DNA of 63,042 nt, the filler included, from Octopus bimaculoides (Eukaryota), in NCBI RefSeq assembly GCF_001194135.2. It is 6 parts of 6 records of this genome, joined end to end, with 100 filler letters (N's around TTAATTAATTAA, not from the genome) between each part and the next. Parts side by side here need not be neighbours in the genome. Positions count along the whole stretch, not along the records: positions 1 to 14,022 come from NC_068994.1; positions 14,123 to 34,257 come from NC_068987.1; 4 more parts are not named here. The stretch is one strand, 5' to 3'. The stretch's first letter is position 1, and each line of letters opens with the position of its first letter. The notes under the pieces are model-generated. The model saw only the letters and a program-made list of their open reading frames with translations. It made no database searches and had not been told where the DNA came from. Positions 11,706 through 25,644 of the stretch are shown here, piece after piece. A program made the translations under genes and the position numbers.

Positions 11706-14339
11706 CGAAGGTGCCATGCTGTGGAACTGAACCTAGAACCATGTGGTTGAGAAGCAACTTTAGCACACAGCCATGTACTCTGATACTCGTCTCCACCGAC
11801 ATTACACATCCAGTAAAGCATAATGCAGATAATGACCTGGGGGGCAAAAAAACTGCTGGTGGGGCAGGGGTTAGTCACTGAGCCGACTACAATGTCTGGC
11901 CCAGCAGGGCACTCAGCAGTCGTTTGTCTCCTGAATCACGTCAACCACAGGGAGATGCCATGACCAAACACTGACATGGTTACAATCATTGTCAACTGCT
12001 TCAAGAGTAGAAGCAATGCATTGGTAAAGCACCATTGGCTACCAAGTTGCTGTGGACTAATATGGCAGACGCACAGACAAAAAAAAACCACACACACGCA
12101 CATACACACACTTAGATGCTGACGTGCACAAACATTCTATAGACTTATACACAGACAAATACACATGTACATACACATGCACACTTATATAAACATACAT
12201 ACGCATACAAAGACACAAACATACACAAACACACACACACACGCATATGTACAGTCAAACAACCCCCTCCTACGTACACACAATCAACATTTTCTCTCAT
12301 TGTTCTCACCCTCTCTCTCTCTTTCTCTCCTATCCTTTCTTCTCTTACTTTTCCTCTCATATCCACCCACTTCTCTCTCTCTTCCCCTTTCCTCTCTCTT
12401 CCCCTTCTCTCTCTCTTCCCCTTCCCTCTCTCTTCCCCTTCTCTCTCTCTTGCCCTTCCCTCTCTCTTCCCCTTCTCTCTCTCTTGGCTCATATCTTTAC
12501 TTTCTCCCCCTCCTCTCTTGTCTTTCTCTTCCTTTTGTCCTTCCTTTACTCTTTTCCCTCCTTTTGATNNNNNNNNNNNNNNNNNNNNNNNNNNNNNNNN
12601 NNNNNNNNNNNNNNNNNNNNNNNNNNNNNNNNNNNNNNNNNNNNNNNNNNNNNNNNNNNNNNNNNNNNNNNNNNNNNNNNNNNNNNNNNNNNNNNNNNNN
12701 NNNNNNNNNNNNNNNNNNNNNNNNNNNNNNNNNNNNNNNNNNNNNNNNNNNNNNNNNNNNNNNNNNNNNNNNNNNNNNNNNNNCTCTCTCTTCCCCTTCT
12801 CTCTCTCTTGGCTCATATCTTTACTTTCTCCCCCTCCTCTCTTGTCTTTCTCTTCCTTTTGTCCTTCCTTTACTCTTTTCCCTCCTTTTGATGCTTTCCC
12901 CACCCTCTATCACCCACGCTATACCCACACACAGAACACTGTCTTGACCAGACCCCCCCCCCACACATGTCAGACACACCACGACACCCACCCATACACA
13001 CACAATGCACCCTCACACAACCTCCACACACAAAACCCACATATAACACACACGCTCACACATACATACACCCACACAAACACAGACACAGCATCCAAAT
13101 GCAACAACAACCACCACAACAATAACTACACCCCACTACGACAGTAGCTACACCGTGCACAGCATTGGCACTCCGTCGGTTACGATGAATGGAACAGCCT
13201 GCTTGTGAAATTAACACGCAAGTGGCTGAGCGCTCCAGAGACACAAATAGCTTTAACGTAGTTCTCGAGGAGATTCAGCATGACAAAGAATGTGACAAAA
13301 CTGGCCCCTTTGAAATACAGGTCCTACTCATTTCTGCCAACTGAGTAGCCTGGAGCAACGTGAAATAAAGTTGCTTGCTCAAGGATACAATGGATACAAT
13401 AGCTCTGCACTTATTTACTAACAATCATTTTTATGATGTTTCTAAGAATAAGCAGACCAACAAAAACAGTGGAATTGTCTATTTACTCTCTTGTTGAGAT
13501 TCTAGAATTGTTCCCATTTATTTGGATCTGGGAAATCCTTCGATGGAACCATGTTCTTCCTATTTAAGTGAAATAACCAAATCGTATTTGTATCATATTT
13601 ATTTGTCTAGTTATGATTAAATGACTGTAAAAGCTATGATGTAATATACATTACGTAATGAACATGATTATACCATTGTTCTCATCCATGTCTATAGACA
13701 AATTTGATTTGTCACTTGTAAGTTGATGAAACAACTGTAAACCATGGAATAAATGTAATACTGGCTACACCAGTCTTCCCTTATTATTTAGAGTCTGTGA
13801 CAAAAGTACAACTTCCAGATTTTCTGTTTGCTTGGAACCTATTTCTGCTGGAGAAATTCTCGTTTAGACAATTTCAGATAACCACTGCTCAGGTGAGAGC
13901 CACATGAGGTAAACACGTGGATTACCTGGTTCTCTCTCTATCTCTCTCTCTATCTCTGTCTCTCTATCTCTCTCTCTCTCTCTCCCCCTCTCTCTCTCTC
14001 TCTCTCCCCCCCTCTCTCTCTCNNNNNNNNNNNNNNNNNNNNNNNNNNNNNNNNNNNNNNNNNNNNTTAATTAATTAANNNNNNNNNNNNNNNNNNNNNN
14101 NNNNNNNNNNNNNNNNNNNNNNAATGCACACACACATGCACACACCATATTTATTCATACTTTGTTGTTATAAAAGATAAAAGAACAAAAAAAAAACACA
14201 AAATATGTTCAATTGATTAAATCTTTGGTTCAATGTATTTCTGTTTGAGATTTTTTTATTTAATTATTATCTTTCTGATTTTTTTTTTTTTTTTTAATTT
14301 TTGGCCGGAAATTTTTTCAGTGTGATGGGTGATCCTCAG

Positions 14340-14955
14340 CTAAGCCTGTTTCTTATTCCCCGTCCTTTTACGTGTAGGCTTACTGGATTTCATCTTATCC
14401 AAATATTCTAAACGCCGAAAGAATAAATTTTTTGCAAAATCATAAAATAACATATCTATTTTGTTGAGTTTGGTAATTTGAACAAGTTGATTCCATGTGA
14501 GATTCACTCTGTTGCTATGTGTGTAATTATATTGTTCAAAATCTTCATGAAAATTTAAGTGGAACGTACTTTCAAATAACTTCTGAGATTGTAACTGGAA
14601 TTCAGTCATTCCAAAGAAAGCCATACTTAATAGATTTTCTTTGGCGCTTTCCAACATAATAGCATTTCTTTCTTTCTCACTCATCCCAGTACGATTATAA
14701 CAATTCACTTTGCTCAAATTGGCAAGCATTCGGACTTGTCTATTGACGGCCATATTACTCGGGCATTCCAGGAAAGAGTCCAACGAGACGTTGTGCCAGT
14801 TACTGCCCTCGTAACAAAAGGGTACTTCTTCAAGAGTGGCGTCGTTACCATTGCAACGGTAATTGGTTGCCTTCCAAGTAGCACCACGATATACATGCCG
14901 CCACTCACTCAGGTATCGATGGACCGGATGACGTAAAAATGTAATGTAGTTATAT
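14340..14955 (-). CDS. HS6ST: Heparan-sulfate 6-O-sulfotransferase, last coding exon
   Basis: Acceptor CTCTCTCTTTCTCTTTGTAG| at 14956-14957 (phase 2), then YNYITFLRHPVHRYLSEWRHVYRGATWK...PFCYEG...FLECPSNMAVNRQVRMLANLS..CYN...LESAKENLLSMAFFGMTEFQ..Q.LFE.TF, ending at TAG 14340-14342. Matches the HS6ST 3'-PAPS-binding half. AATAAA on the - strand at 14255-14260. Confidence 0.95.
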
Positions 14956-15820
14956 CTACAAAGAGAAAGAGAGAGAGTAGGATATTACAAACACATGAAA
15001 AACATTATAGAAACATCATTAAAAAACAAAATAAAGAAAACACTCGTTTGAAACTAATACAATTTATTAACCAACTGACCTGAACTATCGCTGGTCATAT
15101 AATACAAATTAGTCATCATTTTATGGCATCATTTTAAAATTTAAATTCAACTCTTTTGTAAACATATTTTTAATGAAATAAACTATTTTAATTAATTTTG
15201 AAAACAAGCAAGAATTTGGAGAGATTTAATAAAAACAAACAACTTTTCCATTTACAGGTTGTTGTTGTTTAACCCAAGGACAGTCTTACTGAACCTGACC
15301 TATGATCAAAGACAATCAACTTGTGACCAACTTGTCTTTTTAGGTATAAGTAAGGCTACACTACCTAATGTGTCCTTTACTTACTTAAAATGCAATTTGA
15401 GGAGAGAGATTTGGTTACTGCTTTTAACAAGTGTAGTGACCACATAGAGGGTCCTTCTGTAATAGTATGTTAAATTGGTGTCTAGAACCAAACTTAACCC
15501 TCCTGATAACAGCCCACCTGAGATCACTCCTTCATTCGATAATACAAATTTCTTGTCCATCTCTAAGGAGGTGAAATCATGCCAAGACACCGGTGTCTGA
15601 TTGTCCCTGATGAGGGAATGAGTGTGTTGTTTACACACATCATCTGTAGGATGAAGTCATTCTCCAAGATGAAATCTAGCAGACTAAAGTTGTGTTTTCA
15701 TTTAAGTCTGTTGAAAAATGTTAGGAATAGGTGCATGCACGCACACACACACACACACACCATACTTAAATTTAAAGTATTTATTTGTTGATTGTCATAC
15801 AAATAATATAAATGTTGTCT

Positions 15821-16031
15821 AAGTTCCGCTGGGTTGGACATGTCGCAAGGTTCATAGACAACAGGTGGATTTGTGCAGTTGTTGAGTGGCATCCAAGATA
15901 TTGGAAAATGCCACTAGGAAAGCCTTCCACAACAATGGGAAGATGATTTAGTCAAGCAATTTGAGTCAAGGTAGAAAAGAATGGAGCAATTAAGACAGAA
16001 TTGGAAGTGCACTGTGACCAGTGGTGTATAA
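15821..16031 (+). mobile_element. LINE C-terminal relic (RTE/L2-like)
   Basis: Reads KFRWVGHVARFIDNRWICAVVEWHPR..K..LGKP...WEDDL with a frameshift, the typical post-RT RWxGHVAR..RW...W.P motif. Confidence 0.7.
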
Positions 16032-17499
16032 CAGCATCTGATGGTCTGGTCATCGTTCGTCGTTTAACGTCCGCTTTCCATGCTAGCATGGGTTGGACGA
16101 TTTGACTGAGGACTGGTGAAACCGGATGGCAACACCAGGCTCCAATCTAATTTGGCAGAGTTTCTACAGCTGGATGCCCTTCCTAACGCCAACCACTCAG
16201 AGAGTGTAGTGGGTGCTTTTACGTGTCACCCGCACGAAAACGGCCACGCTCAAAATGGTGTCTTTTATGTGCCACCCGCACAAGCCAGTCCAGGGGCACT
16301 GGCAACGATCAATATTGTTATAATATAAATGCTACAAATATAAAAGATTAGCATCTTCAATTTCATTCCATAGTGACGATTTGTTTAACAGGTATGATGA
16401 TGATGATGATGCATAAACCATAGTGGAAGGTGAAGGGATTCACAAAAATGGTCAAGAAATTCTTGGATATAGCAAGTTTACAACTCTTTGCCTTCCAGTT
16501 TCAAATTCTGCTACGGTCCTCTTTACTGTTCATCTTTTCACAAAATGAAATACCAATCAGGTAAATATTGAGCTGATTCAATTGACTGTCGTTGCTTCCA
16601 CAAAAGTGAAGCCTTGCAGCTCTTTTTGTGATCAATATTACAGAAGAGCAATCTTCTGGAGCATCAGAAATACTTCCAAAGAGTGAAAATAATTGACAGC
16701 AAATACGAATACAATTTAAAGAAAAAAAAACAAAAGGGTTCAACAAGAACAGATTAACCCTTTTGTTACCATATTTCTGTTGAGGTGCTCTGTGTTTCTT
16801 TCAATTCTAAATATAACAAAGAATTTGGTAGAATAACTTAGTTATCATTAAGCTAATGTTAGGAACATGAATTGTGACTAAGGTTTGGTGGAAGGCATTT
16901 GTACTCAGAGCCAGAGCTGGTTTCAGCCAGGTGGGTATCAAAAGGGTTAATAATAGATCACTTAACTCTGTAGTTTAGCCCCAGGAAGGTAAACCTTGAT
17001 TAAAAGGACCTATCCAAATGGTAATCATCCTATATTTTTTTTCTCTTTAAGGTATCCAGGACTGTATTATCCTAAATAGATATGTCTCCTGCATAGGTAA
17101 GGCTGTGAGGTTGAGAAACTGGCTTCCCAACTATCTGGTCTTAGTCCTAGTGTTTTTCTACAACAGCCCCCAAGCTGAACAAAGCTTTGTGAATGGATTT
17201 AGTAAACAGAAACTGAAAGAAGCCCACCGTATATGTATGAATGTGTGTGTATGTTTTCTTGTGTGTACCCTTGTCTTGATATCATATAATGGTTGTAAAT
17301 GAGCAGCATTGTCATACAAGTGGGATTGTTTCCAGTCTTTTGTGAAAAGCAAGCCTAGCCATGGGGAAATATTACTTTGTTTGGAAACAGATATGGGTTG
17401 GTGACAGGAAGGGCATCCAGCCATAGGAGATTTACCTCAACAAATTCTGTCTGACCCAATCGAGCAAGGAAAAGTCGATATTAACAATAATGATGATAG

Positions 17500-17533
<34 letters not shown>

Positions 17534-18060
17534 ACAGATATATAATTTGAAGGAGATCTGGTTACTATTACTTGCAGGTTGAGTGACTGACGTAAAAGCT
17601 CCTTCATTAACTTGGATAGTTACAAACTCGGGTTCCAAAAGAAAATCCGACCACCATTATCAGCATTACTGTGAAATTACACTTTTCATTAGCATGGAGT
17701 ACTAAGTTGAACTCTTATTAATGTGAAGTGGCAACAGATGGAGCTAAATATACAACAAGGAAAAAGCAAATTTTTTTCAGAAGTGATTCTCTGATTGCAA
17801 TAAATTATAAGACTCAGCAACAAACTGGGTCAGTGAGAATTAAATGTCTCAGTCACACACGAACTTCTTTGGTGTGACTGCTTCTGTAGAAACTAACAAA
17901 CCCCCAACATGTAATCCAGTACGACAACCTACTTTCGTTCAACTGCATAAAGACAATGGCTATTACATATCAATGAAACTAGCTAAAGAGAGAAGGGTCA
18001 ATACCAGTTTCTCAGTTTGCTAGAAATAGCAGTCAAATTTATCTAAAATCTTACTCTATA

Positions 18061-18400
18061 TGCAGGCGTGTCTGTGCGGTAAGAAGTTTGCTTCGCAACT
18101 ACATGGTTCCGGGTTCAGTCCCATTGCGTGGCACCTTGGGCAAGCGTTTTCTATAGCCTCAGATCAACCAAAGCCTTGTGAGTGGATTTTGTAGACGGAA
18201 ACTGAAAAAAAGCCTGTCATATACATACATGTGTGTGTGTGTCTGTGTTTGGTCTCCCCACCACTGCTTGACAACCAGTGCTGATTTGCTTATATCCCTG
18301 TAACTTAGCAGTTCAGCGAAAGAGACTGATAGGACAAGTCCTGGGGTCAATTCATCAGACTAAGAATTCTCCAAGGTGGTGCCCCAGCATGGCTGCAGTC
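18061..18400 (+). mobile_element. SINE family A copy
   Basis: tRNA-like head GCGGTAAGAAG...GGTTCAGTCCC, CORE-like GGCACCTTGGGCAAGCG, internal (CA/TG)n, tail GGTGGTGCCCCAGCATGGCTGCAGTC. Confidence 0.8.
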
Positions 18401-19774
18401 TAAAGACATGCTCTGAAGAAAGGAAGAACATATCAAGTCATAGGTCAGCTCCATCAAGGCTGAACAGGAACCAAACAATAAAAGACTTGTATCCAAACCT
18501 TTCTAGTTTCATGAATGACACCATGAACAAAATGACCCCCACAAAAGGCTGAAATCTTTTTCAGGGTCAGCAGATACTTCATGCTTGGTTATTTGCTGAC
18601 TTTTTATTCTTTTGCTCTTTTATTCTTTTACTCATTTCAGTCATTTGACTGTGGCCATGCTGGAGCAGNNNNNNNNNNNNNNNNNNNNNNNNNNNNNNNN
18701 NNNNNNNNNNNNNNNNNNNNNNNNNNNNNNNNNNNNNNNNNNNNNNNNNNNNNNNNNNNNNNNNNNNNNNNNNNNNNNNNNNNNNNNNNNNNNNNNNNNN
18801 NNNNNNNNNNNNNNNNNNNNNNNNNNNNNNNNNNNNNNNNNNNNNNNNNNNNNNNNNNNNNNNNNNNNNNNNNNNNNNNNNNNNNNNNNNNNNNNNNNNN
18901 NNNNNNNNNNNNNNNNNNNNNNNNNNNNNNNNNNNNNNNNNNNNNNNNNNNNNNNNNNNNNNNNNNNNNNNNNNNNNNNNNNNNNNNNNNNNNNNNNNNN
19001 NNNNNNNNNNNNNNNNNNNNNNNNNNNNNNNNNNNNNNNNNNNNNNNNNNNNNNNNNNNNNNNNNNNNNNNNNNNNNNNNNNNNNNNNNNNNNNNNNNNN
19101 NNNNNNNNNNNNNNNNNNNNNNNNNNNNNNNNNNNNNNNNNNNNNNNNNNNNNNNNNNNNNNNNNNNNNNNNNNNNNNNNNNNNNNNNNNNNNNNNNNNN
19201 NNNNNNNNNNNNNNNNNNNNNNNNNNNNNNNNNNNNNNNNNNNNNNNNNNNNNNNNNNNNNNNNNNNNNNNNNNNNNNNNNNNNNNNNNNNNNNNNNNNN
19301 NNNNNNNNNNNNNNNNNNNNNNNNNNNNNNNNNNNNNNNNNNNNNNNNNNNNNNNNNNNNNNNNNNNNNNNNNNNNNNNNNNNNNNNNNNNNNNNNNNNN
19401 NNNNNNNNNNNNNNNNNNNNNNNNNNNNNNNNNNNNNNNNNNNNNNNNNNNNNNNNNNNNNNNNNNNNNNNNNNNNNNNNNNNNNNNNNNNNNNNNNNNN
19501 NNNNNNNNNNNNNNNNNNNNNNNNNNNNNNNNNNNNNNNNNNNNNNNNNNNNNNNNNNNNNNNNNNNNNNNNNNNNNNNNNNNNNNNNNNNNNNNNNNNN
19601 NNNNNGGTTTATAGGGTTACCCTGGGTTTCTCGCCATAAAGGGTACCTTTATAGCAAAAACCCCAGCCTTTACCAGTATAAACCGGCCTTCACCAGTAAT
19701 TAATATAGACTGCTCTACTTCTTAAAGTGTGCTGCTTCTCCGGATTTATGTTTTTCGAAAAAAAAAAAACATAT

Positions 19775-20002
19775 ATATTCTTTTATTCTTTTACTCATTT
19801 CAGTCATTTGACTGTGGCCATGCTGGAGCAGTGCTTTCAGTCAAACAAATCAACTCAAGGACTTATTCTTTGTAAGCCTAGTACTTATTCTATCAGTCTC
19901 TTTTCCTGAACCGCTAGGTTATGGGGATGTAAACACACCAACATCATTCGTCAAGTGATGGTGGGGGGACAAACACAGACACACACACAAATATATACAT
20001 AC

Positions 20003-20044
<42 letters not shown>

Positions 20045-20200
20045 GATGGGCTTCTTTCAGTTTCCATCTACCAAATCCACTCACAAGGCTTTGGTTGGCA
20101 TGAGGCTATAGTAGAAAACACTTGCCCAAGGTGCCATGCAGTGGGACTGAACCCAGAACCATGTAGTTGGGAAGCAAGCTTCTTACCACACAGTCATGCC
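19775..20200 (-). mobile_element. SINE family A near-full copy with internal (TA)n
   Basis: Reverse complement is colinear with 53863-54254 from head to tail. Confidence 0.8.
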
Positions 20201-21737
20201 TGCATCTATATATATATATACACACATGAAAANNNNNNNNNNNNNNNNNNNNNNNNNNNNNNNNNNNNNNNNNNNNNNNNNNNNNNNNNNNNNNNNNNNN
20301 NNNNNNNNNNNNNNNNNNNNNNNNNNNNNNNNNNNNNNNNNNNNNNNNNNNNNNNNNNNNNNNNNNNNNNNNNNNNNNNNNNNNNNNNNNNNNNNNNNNN
20401 NNNNNNNNNNNNNNNNNNNNNNNNNNNNNNNNNNNNNNNNNNNNNNNNNNNNNNNNNNNNNNNNNNNNNNNNNNNNNNNNNNNNNNNNNNNNNNNNNNNN
20501 NNNNNNNNNNNNNNNNNNNNNNNNNNNNNNNNNNNNNNNNNNNNNNNNNNNNNNNNNNNNNNNNNNNNNNNNNNNNNNNNNNNNNNNNNNNNNNNNNNNN
20601 NNNNNNNNNNNNNNNNNNNNNNNNNNNNNNNNNNNNNNNNNNNNNNNNNNNNNNNNNNNNNNNNNNNNNNNNNNNNNNNNNNNNNNNNNNNNNNNNNNNN
20701 NNNNNNNNNNNNNNNNNNNNNNNNNNNNNNNNNNNNNNNNNNNNNNNNNNNNNNNNNNNNNNNNNNNNNNNNNNNNNNNNNNNNNNNNNNNNNNNNNNNN
20801 NNNNNNNNNNNNNNNNNNNNNNNNNNNNNNNNNNNNNNNNNNNNNNNNNNNNNNNNNNNNNNNNNNNNNNNNNNNNNNNNNNNNNNNNNNNNNNNNNNNN
20901 NNNNNNNNNNNNNNNNNNNNNNNNNNNNNNNNNNNNNNNNNNNNNNNNNNNNNNNNNNNNNNNNNNNNNNNNNNNNNNNNNNNNNNNNNNNNNNNNNNNN
21001 NNNNNNNNNNNNNNNNNNNNNNNNNNNNNNNNNNNNNNNNNNNNNNNNNNNNNNNNNNNNNNNNNNNNNNNNNNNNNNNNNNNNNNNNNNNNNNNNNNNN
21101 NNNNNNNNNNNNAAAAGAAAAAAGAGAAAGAAATAAAAACAAAAGTAAAAATAAAAAACCTGAAGTGAATTTAATATTAAGCTGGGTTTTATAATCCAGT
21201 CTCACGTCTCATGGACATTTCTGGAGAGAATAAATACTTTGTCTTAACTCTTACTCGCCCTCATAACTACAATGCTCATATGGACTACTCCTCTTTTATT
21301 GCCTATATGCTCCCCCCCACCACTACCACCACCCCATACCTGCCACACACCCCTGTCACTAATTAAAGTAAGAATTTGAAATGATCAATAACTGTCATCC
21401 AAGGACAATAATTATGGGAGAAGTGGGGAGGGGGGTTGTAGAGTAAATAAATTTGTAAATGTTATAGACAGAGAGAGGTAGATAGAGAAAGGTAGATAGG
21501 GAGAGGGAGAAAGAAAGAGGGAGAGGGAGAAAGAAAGAGGGAGAGGGAGAAAGCTAGCTATATAGATAGAGAGAGAAAGAGAAGAGAAAGAGATAGGTAG
21601 CTATAAGGATAAATACATAGAAAGAGAGAGAGAGTGAGAGAATGAGAGAAGTAGATAGAGAGAGGGAGGGAGAAAGAGATAGAGAGAGAGAAAAGTAGAT
21701 ACATAAAGAGATAGATATGATAGGTAGATAAATAAAT

Positions 21738-21768
<31 letters not shown>

Positions 21769-22419
21769 TGTTAACGACAATAGATCAGGTGAAGATTCCA
21801 GTAAAATGGAAATACTGATCATTCACCTGTCAATGGCTGCTCTTACTGTTTTAACAAGCCACTTGCGGCAGACTCCGGTTTCCAACGTACAAAACCTGCT
21901 TGATTAAGCTATTCATATTCAAATTGGAAAGTTGCTATTTTAATTTTATGTAAGAATTTAAAAAATTATTCGCCAAACACCAACTTACTTATGTAAAAAG
22001 TTGCTTATCTTATTTCAAATCAAACCACATAGTTGATTACGAAATTTTTCCCCTAATTCACTGAAATATGCAGATATTGCATAAAAATATGGTAACAAGG
22101 TATGGCTGTGTGGTTAAGAAGCTTACTCAGCAACCAAATGGGTTTCACTTCAGTGTCATTCCAAGGTGCTTCAGGCCAGTATCTTCCACTATAGCCCTAA
22201 GCCAACCGAATGCCTTGCAAATGAATTTGATAGACAGAAACTCTGTGGAAGTCTGCCACATACATACATATCATCAATTATTGTCCATTGTCCATGCTGG
22301 CATGGGTTGGATGGTTTGACAGGAGCGGGCAAAACTCCATCAGCCTCCAATTGTCTGTTTTGGCATGGTTTCTACAGCTGGATGCTCTTCCTAATGCCAA
22401 CCACTTTTTGCAGAGTACA

Positions 22420-23010
22420 CTTCTTCCTTTTTTCCCCCTTTTTTTTCAGGGAGGTATCCACTGCCTCCTTTTCTCCCTCTGAAGGAGGAGGTGGGGGTTC
22501 TTCCATAACTAACTGTTCCAGGACCTTACTTTGGTCCTGGGGACAGTTCTTTTTAATGTGGCCTGGTTCCAGGCACAGGTGACACTTGGGGGGAGGGGCG
22601 TCCCTCAAGAATCACCGGATACCTATAACCGGCCATTTCCAGAGAATCTGGAAACACCAGATTCTTGGCTGATTGGGTCCACAGGGTCAAGACCGCTTTT
22701 GACCCCACCCAATCAGCTGCAGGCAAAATTCTGACATTGAGGAGCTTGGCTCCGCTACCACCCAGACCCCGGCAGATAGTGTCTTCTATCCACTTGGGTT
22801 CTATCCTGAGTGACAACCCACAGAACCAAGCCCTAGTCAACTTCTTCCCACAATACGTGGGAAGAAACAATATCTCTTTGCCCTCTAAGGGCTGACTTGC
22901 AAAATTGCGAGCCTCTTCAGGAGTGTCAAATAGTAACCACATCATCACATATTTGACACCCCTTGAAATAACTTTTATATTTGGCTTATATTTAGCCAAC
23001 TCTCTCTCTA
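22420..23010 (-). mobile_element. Tx1/L1-type non-LTR retrotransposon ORF1 relic with CCHC zinc knuckle
   Basis: The 22553-22999 frame ends YPVILEGRP and the next frame continues PKCHLCLEPGHIKKNCP (CX2CX4HX4C); the frameshift falls in a C-run near 22590. Confidence 0.7.
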
Positions 23011-23321
23011 TATCAATCTACTTACCACACAGCCACTCTTGTGCCTATATTCAATTATCCCTACCCTACAGTCAAGAAAAGTCAACAAAAAGAGCAGCTA
23101 AGGGCAATGGCCATCACTTTTAGTGAAGGCAATAGAAAAGGTAAATTCTAAAGAGAATCCATTCTTTAAGAAGAAAGAAAACAAAATTTAAAATAAAAAA
23201 AAAAAGAAGCAAAGAAACAGCTGAAGGTGTGGCTGTGTGGGTAAGAATCTAGTTTCCCAAATTTGGGGTCTTCAGTTCAGTAGATGGAAACTGAAAGAAG
23301 CCTGCCATGTATGTACATACA

Positions 23322-23371
<50 letters not shown>

Positions 23372-23959
23372 CATACATACATACATACATACATACATGC
23401 AGTTAAGAGGGTTTTTACTTCTTATTTCTAGCAATGTAGGTGCCACTCTGTACCATCAGTCACAATGAGTGACAAATGAATTCTTCTTTTATGGTTTTAT
23501 ATTGCTTATAGTCACCTTTATTGTCTCATAATGGTGGCACGTAAAAAGCAGCCACCACACTCTTGGAGTGGTTTGGCGTTAGGAAGGGCATCCTGCTGTA
23601 GAAACCTTGCCAAATCAGAACGGGACCTGGTGCATTTCCCTAGCTTACCAGTTCTCAGTCAAACCATCCAACCCATGCCAGCATGGAAAGCAAACATTAA
23701 ATGATAACGATGTAAGATAAAGAATGAAGATCCTTCCCTTAGTCAATGAGGCCAGTTTCTGTGTTGCATATATTTCCCCCTGGATAGGATGTCGGTCCAT
23801 TGCACGGTTACTCACCTTCGCCAACTGAGAGGAGTGGAGCAAAATGTCACCAAGTGTTCTACCAAAAACAGAATGTGTCACCCAGTCCAGGAATCGAAAC
23901 CACGATCTTACGATCATGAATACAACATCCTAACCCCTAAACTACATACCCCTCTCTCT

Positions 23960-23995
<36 letters not shown>

Positions 23996-24733
23996 GTGTG
24001 TGTGTGTGTGCGTGTGTGTGTGTGTGTGTTTACTTTTGTCTGGACAATATGTGAAAAGCATCTCTTGCCATGGCAAAATATCTCCTGGGTTGGTTATAGG
24101 CAGAGGTTGGCAACAGGAAGGGCATGTGTCCATAAAAAAATATCTGCCTCAAGAACGGAAAAGGTGACCTTAAATAATGGATAGAGAGTGGGGGGGGGAG
24201 AAGAGGGAAGGGAGAGAGCGACTGTATTAACCCCCTCCTCTCAATTCATACAATTCTAAAAGAAGTGGAAACAAAACCCTCACTAAACACAACTAATATG
24301 GTTTGATGTTTCCATTTTTCTCCATGAATGTTAATCGTTAGGCACACCCTGCATGTATAAACCTACTTTAAAAATGGGTGTTAATGTTATAATAATATTA
24401 ATTAACAGAAGAAATTGCTAAGAATTCCATAAATTGTTTCTGTTTCAGAGATAAAATAAGTTAAAGTAAGATGTTAATATATCCTGAGGACAAAATGAGT
24501 GAGTCATTAGTCATCAGTCAAACATGAATAAGCATTTTCAGTGCTTTTATTTCTTATGAATTCTGCAATTAATGAAACAGAACAATGTCAGAATTCTTAA
24601 GGCACTTACACAAACACACATGCACACACATGCATGCCTGCATGAGTTCCTATGTGTGTGTGTGTGTTTAAGCTTGCTGATTTAAATGTGGATATTTTAA
24701 TCATGTAGATTGTATGTGTATATATGCATAAAT

Positions 24734-24764
<31 letters not shown>

Positions 24765-24766
24765 TA

Positions 24767-25644
24767 CAGGGTGCAATGGGTAAATTGTTGCCATTTTATA
24801 TTTTTAATTTCACACACGCCCTTCATTTGTTTTTTATTTTGTTGACTTCACAGTATGGTAGGGTCAGTTGGGTACTGTCTGAGACAAAAACAGCACCGTG
24901 ATGCAATTCACTCTGCCAGAGATTTGGAAATGACATACTGTACTGCTTGGCATTCATGTCAGAAGCTCCAATACGAACATTTCAGTGTTTTGGTGTCAAT
25001 CTGAGGACAGGACACGTACCAAGAGTGATAAAAATCAAACATCCAGAGTCAACATCATGGTGTTTGGAGTGATCACTTGTGATGGCGACATTATGCCTCC
25101 ATTCATCTTCCCACACAGCCTCACACTCAACACAGAGACCTACATCAAGTGCCTGGAGAAAGGGGTACTGACCTGGACCAAGAGGGTGGTTGCTAGAAGA
25201 CCCTATACCTGGCAACAGGACTCTGCACCATGCCACACAACCAGAAGAACCCAGTCATGGCTGTTACACAATTTCTGCAACCACATCACCCCTAACATTT
25301 GGCCACCTAACTCCCCAGACTGCAACCCCCTTGATTATTATGTGCAGAGTGCAGTCAAGCAAGAGACCAACAAAACTCCTTGTAACACCAAAGATGAACT
25401 GAAGGCAAGGATTATGGCAACATTCACCAACTTCAACAAGGAGACTGTCCAGAAGAGTTGCAGGATATTATGAAGTCGTCTGGAGGCCATGGTTGAAGCC
25501 AATGGCGATTTTATTGAATAAATTTACTCTTTAGTATTTCAAGATATTTTTATGTAATTTTGGTAAATATATCCGTTAAAATGAGATGTCAGTGTTATTT
25601 TCATTTTTGCATAATTTAGACGACAGCTTATTCACCGCACCCTG
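24767..25644 (+). mobile_element. Internally deleted Tc1/mariner DD37D (maT-type) transposon
   Basis: TA|CAGGGTGC...GCACCCTG|TA termini with degraded TIRs. Transposase fragment ...WQQDSAPCH...WPPNSPDCNPLDY has exactly 37 residues between the second and third catalytic Asp. Confidence 0.9.

Noticed and set aside
12460-12890. Identical block of about 110 bp on both sides of a gap
   Set aside because: Most likely unmerged contig overlap in CT-rich sequence, not a true duplication.
14067-14078. TTAATTAATTAA centred in N-runs (also 34302-34313, 45006-45017, 48101-48112, 60459-60470)
   Set aside because: An identical 12-mer with stops in all six frames sits inside about 100-bp N spacers: an artificial scaffold linker, not biology. 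It marks joins where adjacency is uncertain.
15381-15638. 85-aa minus-strand ORF just upstream of the HS6ST exon (also 16501-16746, 28440-28700)
   Set aside because: No HS6ST N-terminal motifs or other recognisable domain, and no convincing splice pair.
18581-21205. Long ORFs of 300-390 aa in the track (also 32228-33192, 36538-36905, 55348-55966)
   Set aside because: They run through N gaps and are mostly X.
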